A stretch of DNA of 32,799 nt from a virus. This document shows, piece by piece, positions 1-5,920 of this stretch. Where the stretch lies: the IMG/VR virus record IMGVR_UViG_3300033183_000402, positions 1 to 32,799 of that record. The stretch is one strand, 5' to 3'. Positions within the stretch are counted from its first letter, which is position 1, and each line of letters begins with the position of its first letter. The notes beneath the pieces were generated by a model that was not told where the DNA came from, did not search any database, and was given only the letters and a program-made list of their open reading frames with translations. Position numbers and translations under genes: made by a program.

Positions 1-47
1 GACTGTTAATCCGCAGGTCGCAGGTTCGAGCCCTGCTCGGGGAGCCA
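1..47 (+). tRNA. tRNA-Asn (anticodon GTT), 3' portion only. The 5' half lies upstream of the window.
   Basis: Anticodon loop CTGTTAA at 3-9 with GTT at 5-7. The 3' anticodon stem is TCCGC and the variable loop is AGGTC. T-arm is GCAGG-TTCGAGC-CCTGC (20-36). The acceptor 3' strand is TCGGGGA, the discriminator is G, and CCA is encoded at 45-47. This matches the canonical bacterial tRNA-Asn 3' half. Confidence 0.85.
1..47 (+). repeat. attL core (left copy of the 47-bp direct repeat)
   Basis: GACTGTTAATCCGCAGGTCGCAGGTTCGAGCCCTGCTCGGGGAGCCA is repeated exactly at 32753-32799. Identity could extend further left, outside the window. Confidence 0.9.
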
Positions 48-63
48 GTATTTATAAGGGTTT

Positions 64-90
64 GGGGCCGATTGGCCCCTTTCTTTTTTT
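64..90 (+). terminator. Rho-independent terminator downstream of the tRNA
   Basis: Stem GGGGCC (64-69), loop GATT, stem GGCCCC (74-79), followed by TTTCTTTTTTT (80-90). Confidence 0.8.
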
Positions 91-138
91 ACCCGTTCAT
101 CAAAATTTCATCAAAAAACCAAAACCCGTTCATCAAAA
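91..138 (+). promoter_or_regulatory. Candidate integrase arm-type binding sites: three direct copies of TTCATCAAAA
   Basis: ACCCGTTCATCAAAA occurs at 91-105 and 124-138, and TTCATCAAAA at 107-116. They lie between the att core and the int stop codon. Related copies (CGTTCAGCAAAA, and CGTTCAGCAT inverted) lie near attR at 32647-32715. Confidence 0.5.
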
Positions 139-141
139 AAC

Positions 142-1197
142 TTATTTGACGGGTCTAACCACTTGCCCACCGCGTTGATAAACGCGCTTCGTGATTGATG
201 CATTTGCGTGCCCCAACAAGGCTTGTGCTTGAGCCAATTCAAGGTCAGATGCAGCCTTGGGTCGCGCATCCCTGAATTGAAACTTTTGTATGGATTCGGC
301 AAGCTCGGGGTGAGCCTTTGTGGCCGCCGCTCTAGCCGCCACCAAACGCTTGCGATACATGATTTCGGTGAGCTTGGAGCCGCTGTCTGCAGCAATCACA
401 AATGGGCTGAGTTGGTTCTTGCGGTTGGGTATGGTCGCCCGTATTTCGTCCAGCAAGGCGGCTAAACGCCCCTCTATGACGATTTTGAGCATCTTGCCCG
501 TCTTGGCTTGCTTAACCCATACAAAGCCCTCACGCAGGTCAGACCAGCGCATGGCAAATATGTCGGCTGGGCGCTGCCCGGTTAGGTACGCCAACTCCAG
601 CGCAAATCGCAACTCCGGGCTTGAGTGAGCCAACATGGCATCCCAAGTCCGGTCATCCGCAAAATACTCACGCGGCTTTTCGCTGTGCTTCTTTACGCCT
701 CGGCATGGGTTCTCCTTGGCGGTTAGACCCCACTCACGCGCCTTGTTAAAAGCATGGCTGAATAGTGCCAGTTCTCGATTGGCGCGGACAGGTGCGCCTC
801 GGGCGTCTCTGTACTGTGCAATGTGTTGCGGGGTAATGGCATCAACGGCGACATGGGCGAACGCCTTGCGCAGGAACGACAACTCGTACAGGTTGCCTTG
901 TTGGGTGCGTTTCGCCTTCGTGGGAATGATGTCCCGCTCGTAGCGGTCAAAGACCGCGCCCATCGTTCTTGCATCGCGCGGCACTTTACGACCCTGAAGT
1001 TCAGCCCACTTGCGTGGCACTTCAGCTAGGTCGCTGCCCAGTGAAATTTGCACTCGCTTGCCATCGCTGTCAAAGGTTTGGTAGAAGTAGTACGAGCGGA
1101 CTTCCCCTAGTCTGCTTCTGCCACGCTTGTGCTCAACCACACCCGGCGGCAAGGAACGACCGACCGTCTTATTTCGCCCGCTTCCGATTCCGCCCAT
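142..1197 (-). CDS. int: Tyrosine recombinase / phage integrase
   Basis: 351 aa. The C-terminal catalytic region carries RPADIFAMRWSDL and LLGHANASITKRVYQR (the HxxR...Y signature). ATG is preceded by AGGAG with a 7-nt spacer. The gene is adjacent to the att core. Confidence 0.95.
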   Translation of the reverse strand: MGGIGSGRNKTVGRSLPPGVVEHKRGRSRLGEVRSYYFYQTFDSDGKRVQISLGSDLAEVPRKWAELQGRKVPRDARTMGAVFDRYERDIIPTKAKRTQQGNLYELSFLRKAFAHVAVDAITPQHIAQYRDARGAPVRANRELALFSHAFNKAREWGLTAKENPCRGVKKHSEKPREYFADDRTWDAMLAHSSPELRFALELAYLTGQRPADIFAMRWSDLREGFVWVKQAKTGKMLKIVIEGRLAALLDEIRATIPNRKNQLSPFVIAADSGSKLTEIMYRKRLVAARAAATKAHPELAESIQKFQFRDARPKAASDLELAQAQALLGHANASITKRVYQRGGQVVRPVK

Positions 1198-1429
1198 TTG
1201 CCATCTCCTTTATTGCCGCAAAGTTCGGCTCTGCGCCGACCGGGTCAATTTGCCCGGCGCTATATCCCAATTTCAAACGCGCATACAACCGCCCAACGAT
1301 GGGGTGTCCTCGGACACTGGTTGCATACACCCAGCTGTTCGCGTTCAGCCACGCGATTTGGTCGGCAGGCTTGGCTGCCTCGGTCAACTCCCGAACCTCA
1401 TCGCGACTGAGCACTTCTGACTCGCTCAT
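1169..1429 (-). CDS. DUF4224-like small DNA-binding protein, probable excisionase/recombination directionality factor
   Basis: 86 aa. LSRDEVRELTEAAKPADQIAWLNANSWVY resembles DUF4224 proteins, which usually sit just upstream of phage integrases. It overlaps the int start by 29 nt. Confidence 0.65.
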   Translation of the reverse strand: MSESEVLSRDEVRELTEAAKPADQIAWLNANSWVYATSVRGHPIVGRLYARLKLGYSAGQIDPVGAEPNFAAIKEMANGRNRKRAK

Positions 1430-1548
1430 CCGCAGTACCTCTCAACGCCACCGATAAAAACCCCGGCGACGAACGCCGTGACGATTGCCCAAATGGCTAC
1501 CGTCAGCAGCGCCCGCACCAGGCGACCAATCTCGGTCAGTTCATCCAT
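1426..1548 (-). CDS. 40-aa hydrophobic (single TM) peptide, below the ORF-track size cutoff
   Basis: My translation is MDELTEIGRLVRALLTVAIWAIVTAFVAGVFIGGVERYCG. Its ATG overlaps the ssb stop (TGATG) and its TGA overlaps the xis-like ATG (ATGA), so it is translationally coupled on both sides. Confidence 0.55.
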   Translation of the reverse strand: MDELTEIGRLVRALLTVAIWAIVTAFVAGVFIGGVERYCG

Positions 1549-1988
1549 CAAAAGGGGACGTCGGAGTCGAGGTCAAAGCTCGCCATTGCCGCCTGCTTTT
1601 TGAGGGCGCTTTGGCTCACATCAAGCGTCGGCAGGGCCTTTTCTACCGTAGCCGTGGGGGCCTTGTCCAGCAGGAGCACCCGGTCGACCGAGACGTCAGA
1701 GGCGGTGCGAGTCTGCCCCTGCTTGTCCTGGTACTGGCGGTGCCTCATCTTGCCCTCGGCGTAAATGAGGCTGCCCTTCTTGACGTACTTGAGCACAATC
1801 TCGGCGGACTTGCCCCAGCACACCAAGCGGTGCCACGTTGTGTCATCGACCCACTCGCCGCTGGACGACTTTTTACGGTCGCTGGTGGCGAGGCTGAACT
1901 CGGAGACAACTTGGTCGCCGACCTCGCGCATCGTGGGGGTTGCCCCCACGTGCCCAATCAGGGTGATTTTGTTAAGACTCTGTGCCAT
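1548..1988 (-). CDS. ssb: Single-stranded DNA-binding protein
   Basis: 146 aa. The OB-fold N-terminus NKITLIGHVGATP...TWHRLVCWGKSAEI and the acidic C-terminal tip DLDSDVPF are typical of SSB. Confidence 0.95.
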   Translation of the reverse strand: MAQSLNKITLIGHVGATPTMREVGDQVVSEFSLATSDRKKSSSGEWVDDTTWHRLVCWGKSAEIVLKYVKKGSLIYAEGKMRHRQYQDKQGQTRTASDVSVDRVLLLDKAPTATVEKALPTLDVSQSALKKQAAMASFDLDSDVPF

Positions 1989-1989
1989 A

Positions 1990-3006
1990 TTAAGCAGCTC
2001 CTTTCAGTTGTTGCTGGGCATCAAACCAAGCGTCAAACTCATGACGCTTGAACAGAATCCGCCGCGTGCCGGGTGGCACAAAGAATGGCGGGTACAAGTG
2101 GGGGTGCGACTTCAGTCGGCAGCGCAAATAGTGCTCGGTGCAATGCAGAATCTTTGCCGCAATCCGGATCGTGATGGTTGACATATCGGACGGCACGCGC
2201 TTGCAAACCTTGTACTTTTCCGGCTCGCTCAACTCATCGTTGACCGCCGCAATCGCAGCCTTCTGCTCGCGCGACACGTCAGTCGGTGCCTCGGGTGCGT
2301 CACCACTTTGGTGCTTCTCTAAAAGGGCAGCGACGTACGAGTCCTTGGCCAAGAAAGCTGGAATCCGATGCTGGGACTCCTCGTGTTGCTCGCGCATATT
2401 CTCAGCATCTTCATTGGCCGCCCATGCATGAGCAAGGTAACGGTCATGACGGCGGTCAAGGGCTTTCGCCTCGGCACGAAGCCTATGTAGGTCGGGGTGC
2501 CCATCGCGGCCGTTTGCGATGTCGTCCTCTTTTTCCCGAATCAATAATTCAAGGTCAGATAGACGCTTCGCCACTTCTTCTGCTGCGCCAAAGGCCTCAT
2601 GGGCGTAGTCTTCCGCCCGTTCAACCTCTTGCTCGCTGACGGGTGGGTCAACATCGGGCTTGTTGCCAAAGAGCGAGCGAAGAACCTTGTCCGCCCGACC
2701 TTTGCCCTTGCCGCTGGGACTCGGTTTCACCGCACCTGCTAGTCCGTCATCAAGCACGGCGTCAATGTGGTACGCCTGATTACGCTTGTGTAAGAAGCGT
2801 TTGCAATAGTCCACAGCCTCAAGGCCATCGACGCGGTCGGCGTCAAGCATCAGAACCCCGCGCTGCATCTCAGCCCGAAACGGGCATGGCAGGCCATCTT
2901 GCAGGGCTTTGGCCCGTGTGCTGTAAATCCACTGGGGCGAGCACCCAAGTTTGGACACGGCGACTTCAACTGTGTAGCCGCGTTTTGCAGTTTTCAAATT
3001 TGCCAT
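1990..3006 (-). CDS. Hypothetical protein with HTH-like segments at both termini and an acidic coiled-coil centre
   Basis: 338 aa. N-terminus: YTVEVAVSKLGCSPQWIYS. C-terminus: ITIRIAAKILHCTEHYLRCRL...ILFKRHEFDAWF, which resembles AlpA/excisionase-type HTH. GAGG RBS. Confidence 0.6.
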   Translation of the reverse strand: MANLKTAKRGYTVEVAVSKLGCSPQWIYSTRAKALQDGLPCPFRAEMQRGVLMLDADRVDGLEAVDYCKRFLHKRNQAYHIDAVLDDGLAGAVKPSPSGKGKGRADKVLRSLFGNKPDVDPPVSEQEVERAEDYAHEAFGAAEEVAKRLSDLELLIREKEDDIANGRDGHPDLHRLRAEAKALDRRHDRYLAHAWAANEDAENMREQHEESQHRIPAFLAKDSYVAALLEKHQSGDAPEAPTDVSREQKAAIAAVNDELSEPEKYKVCKRVPSDMSTITIRIAAKILHCTEHYLRCRLKSHPHLYPPFFVPPGTRRILFKRHEFDAWFDAQQQLKGAA

Positions 3007-3016
3007 TTAAAATACC

Positions 3017-3856
3017 TCACTGTGATGAAAGAACGAGGGTGGTCGAACCCTCTTTACGGAACGGGTCGAGGTCAACATTTGCGAGATGCTGACTCTCGAC
3101 CTTTTTCCAATCAATAGTGCCGCGACGAAACCCTCGGGTCGCCGTCACACCCCCACCGACTGAAAACTCTGCTTCGCCCATAAGGGCATCTATTTCTGCT
3201 CGTGCAGCCGCTTCAGCCTCTTGGGCTTGGGCAAGTTGCTCTTTGGCGGCGCGCCAATCTTTGGCTGCTGCTACCCACTCAATGTCGCTGCGCTCATGCA
3301 GTTGCGGCCACACCGCATCCCACCTGGCGCGTAACTTCTCCCATGCGTCGGGGTCGGGGTAGCAGGGCACCGCAATCCCGTCTTGGAGCGCGGCATCCCA
3401 TAGCCACAGCCAAGCCTTCTCTGCTTGCGCGACCATGAGTTGGTGCTGGATTTGCCAAAAGTACTGGGGCAGCAGTTCGCCGTCCTGAGCCGCAAGGCCA
3501 GCCTTTGACTTCCAGCCGCGCATCGGGGTTTTGATTTCCACGATGACACGGCTATCGGGACAAAAGCCATCCAAGCTCGCCAGGTAGTCGCCCGCTGAAA
3601 GAACCATCGGACTGAAGCTGCCTTTGGCGTACCAGTTACGAAAAGCCTCAAGCGCCGCATCTTCTTGGTCGGTGCCTTGCTGCATTGCGGGCGTCACAGG
3701 CTTGCTATGCCCCTGATACTCACGAGCCAACTCGGTGATGCTGCCAACAAAGCCCATGACCACTGGTGTGGCTGAGGCGGTGCGCTTTGTACGGCGTAAC
3801 GCCAACCACTCAGGTGAGCGCTGCTCACAGAGGTGAATCATGTATGGGTGCTTCAT
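3017..3856 (-). CDS. YqaJ-type viral recombinase exonuclease (lambda Exo-like fold)
   Basis: 279 aa. QRSPEWLALRRTKRTASATP and VEIKTP motifs are typical of the YqaJ domain. Its ATG overlaps the ERF stop (ATGA). Confidence 0.85.
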   Translation of the reverse strand: MKHPYMIHLCEQRSPEWLALRRTKRTASATPVVMGFVGSITELAREYQGHSKPVTPAMQQGTDQEDAALEAFRNWYAKGSFSPMVLSAGDYLASLDGFCPDSRVIVEIKTPMRGWKSKAGLAAQDGELLPQYFWQIQHQLMVAQAEKAWLWLWDAALQDGIAVPCYPDPDAWEKLRARWDAVWPQLHERSDIEWVAAAKDWRAAKEQLAQAQEAEAAARAEIDALMGEAEFSVGGGVTATRGFRRGTIDWKKVESQHLANVDLDPFRKEGSTTLVLSSQ

Positions 3857-4449
3857 GCAGCCACCTTCTCAACCCGGGCTTTGGTCAGCTGCGCCATGAT
3901 GCTGGCGTATTTGGTAGCCGGAATCTCACCCAGTGCCTCAACCTTAAAACGCGCCGTGATGCGCTCAAGGTTGATGCCAGCCTCAACCGCTGCGTTTTTG
4001 ATGGCAATCAGTTGATGCTGGTTAAGGTTCCCAGTGGCTTGCTCAAGCGGGTTGCGGGCAACTTTCATTGCCGCTTCGCCGTCATCGTCCGTGGGAGCCA
4101 AGCCAGCGGCTGCAAGGGCTGAATTACGGCGGGCGTAGGTCAGGGCGCTTGCGTAGCCTTGTGGGTCTTGCTTGGCGGCGGGGAAGTGCAATTTGCCAGC
4201 GCTCATGGTCTCGCCCGACTCATGCACAAAGACCGACTCGACCGTTACGCCGTCGTCGCTTTCTTCGGTGCGCTGAATCAGGCACAAGCCATTGGCATGG
4301 AGCGGCGGCAAGATTGCCTTAAGCGTTGCATCCAGCGTGGCGTATGCCGACTTAAAGTGCGGGTTCTTAGCGTCCCGCATCACTGGGTGCATGGCTGCCT
4401 GCGCTTTCACAAGCGCCGAGCAGAGTTTGGACAAGGATTGTGTTTGCAT
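3853..4449 (-). CDS. ERF-family single-strand annealing protein
   Basis: 198 aa. KNPHFKSAYATLDATLKAILPPL and YASALTYARRNSALAAAGL are characteristic ERF motifs. AAAGGAG RBS. Confidence 0.85.
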   Translation of the reverse strand: MQTQSLSKLCSALVKAQAAMHPVMRDAKNPHFKSAYATLDATLKAILPPLHANGLCLIQRTEESDDGVTVESVFVHESGETMSAGKLHFPAAKQDPQGYASALTYARRNSALAAAGLAPTDDDGEAAMKVARNPLEQATGNLNQHQLIAIKNAAVEAGINLERITARFKVEALGEIPATKYASIMAQLTKARVEKVAA

Positions 4450-4464
4450 TGATACTCCTTTGGG

Positions 4465-5079
4465 TCACTCAAAAATTCGGGGTTCAGAGCCACTTATGGG
4501 GCCAACTTCAAAGTGGACGACGTGCCCCCACATACGTGAGACCAAGCGGCAAAAGCCCTCTTGCTTGGCGCGTTGCTGTCTTTTGTTTTTGCCCCAGATG
4601 GCTTTGCCCCACAGGGTCAAGCGGTCGTTGCACCAGCTGTATCCCTCAAAGTAGTGGGTGAGGTCGATATCAGTCTTTGCTGCTGCCATCGACATCACCT
4701 CATGCATCGTGTGGCAGGCTGAGTTGCAAGGTGCGTTGAACACATTGCGCCCCGGTGTTCTGCTGTAAAACCGCCAAAGCCGACCGCCGCCAGACTTGCG
4801 TGGCACATAGTGCTGCGCAATCTCAATGGTTGCTGGGCAGTGCCGGAATACATACTGGCTGGCTTCAAACATAGGCGGGCGACGGCGTGTGGGGTTGTAC
4901 TTCACCTCTAGTACCGAGCCATAGTGATGAGCCTGTTGGTAGCCGACCTCTGCGAAAGTCGGGTCGCCATTAGCAAATTCATCAAATGACTCAAGTACGC
5001 GCTGGGTAAGCGGGTTGACGTGAGTCGCCGATTGGTCGAGGTTTAGCTTGGAGCAGCCTCTGTAGTCGACGTAAGGCAT
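4465..5079 (-). CDS. Hypothetical early protein, Cys/His-rich
   Basis: 204 aa with no family recognised. Contains CNSACHTMHE (C-x3-C-H-x2-H) and other conserved-looking Cys/His. Tightly packed in the early-left operon. Confidence 0.7.
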   Translation of the reverse strand: MPYVDYRGCSKLNLDQSATHVNPLTQRVLESFDEFANGDPTFAEVGYQQAHHYGSVLEVKYNPTRRRPPMFEASQYVFRHCPATIEIAQHYVPRKSGGGRLWRFYSRTPGRNVFNAPCNSACHTMHEVMSMAAAKTDIDLTHYFEGYSWCNDRLTLWGKAIWGKNKRQQRAKQEGFCRLVSRMWGHVVHFEVGPISGSEPRIFE

Positions 5080-5093
5080 CTTGGTCTCCTTGG

Positions 5094-5369
5094 TTAGTGA
5101 AAGGTGACGCCGAAAGTCTCGTCGTCCTCAATCATTTGGTCGCCGTCTTTGGGCCAAAGCACGCCGACGGTGTCAACGCCCTCAACCTCTTGCAGGTCGC
5201 GGCAAAGTTGCTTGAGCTGCTCGTGGTCGTACTCCTCACCCGTCATGACGATGGTGCAAAGGCCGTCGTCGTTCAGGGCTATGCCCTCAATGGGCAGGCC
5301 GTTCTCGCTGGCGTGGTAGGCGAGGCTGGCAGCCATGAACTGGGCCTCGGTGACGTGTTGTTTTTGCAT
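5094..5369 (-). CDS. Small, strongly acidic hypothetical protein
   Basis: The track ORF is 5094-5396. I prefer the internal ATG at 5369 because AAGGAG lies 6 nt upstream and this removes the overlap with the upstream gene. 91 aa with about 19 Asp/Glu against 4 Lys/Arg by hand count. Confidence 0.7.
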   Translation of the reverse strand: MQKQHVTEAQFMAASLAYHASENGLPIEGIALNDDGLCTIVMTGEEYDHEQLKQLCRDLQEVEGVDTVGVLWPKDGDQMIEDDETFGVTFH

Positions 5370-5379
5370 AAGGGACTCC

Positions 5380-5706
5380 TTAGTAGGCTTTTTCATGAAT
5401 CAGGGTGGTGCTGGCCCGCCCTGAGCGGTTTTCAAAAAATTGCTCAACGCGCACCACGCCGGTCAGGTTCATCAAGCCCAAGCCGAGGCTGTGCATCTTG
5501 TGGACGTCAGCGCCTGCGGGGTACTCGATGAGGCCGTGCCCGTCGCGGTACTCAACCACGGGGGCCATACGGCACCCGGAGGTTGCGCCCTCGACAAAGG
5601 CGTGAAATGCGATGGCATCGCGGTCAATGGCAGCTGTTACGCTGTCGGGTTGGGAAGGGGCTGCGGTGGCAGCTAGTGGCACGGTTGGTGCGGTTGTCGT
5701 CGTCAT
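5380..5706 (-). CDS. Hypothetical protein, first gene of the early-left operon
   Basis: 108 aa. AAGGAG RBS upstream of the ATG at 5706. No family recognised. Confidence 0.7.
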   Translation of the reverse strand: MTTTTAPTVPLAATAAPSQPDSVTAAIDRDAIAFHAFVEGATSGCRMAPVVEYRDGHGLIEYPAGADVHKMHSLGLGLMNLTGVVRVEQFFENRSGRASTTLIHEKAY

Positions 5707-5759
5707 TTGCTTGGCTCCTTGGTTAAAGCGTCACTACAGGAGGTGCTGTAGTTGGAGCC

Positions 5760-5790
5760 ATTGTATCAATCAAACCGGTACTCTTTGCAA
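5760..5790 (-). promoter_or_regulatory. Candidate early-left promoter (PL-like)
   Basis: On the minus strand: TTGCAA (5790-5785), a 19-nt spacer, then an extended -10 TGATACAAT (5768-5760). The hexamer TACAAT is the same as in the rightward promoter. A palindrome CTACAG-N6-CTGTAG (5733-5750) lies just downstream. Confidence 0.45.
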
Positions 5791-5874
5791 GCACTTTTTC
5801 TCCACAGTTCAACCGACCCCTTTAGCTATGCCGAAAAAATTAGTTGTAAAGCAGTAAAAAATAATATTTAAGCG

Positions 5875-5900
5875 AAAAAAAAGACCCCGTTTGGGGTCTT
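5875..5900 (-). terminator. Rho-independent terminator of the repressor gene
   Basis: The minus strand reads AAGACCCC-AAAC-GGGGTCTT followed by TTTTTT. It starts 21 nt after the repressor stop codon. Confidence 0.85.
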
Positions 5901-5920
5901 AGGTACTCAAAAAATTTTTT

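Noticed and set aside
969-2051. Plus-strand ORFs of 162 aa (969-1457) and 188 aa (1485-2051)
   Set aside because: They are antisense to int, the xis-like gene and ssb, all of which carry unambiguous family motifs.
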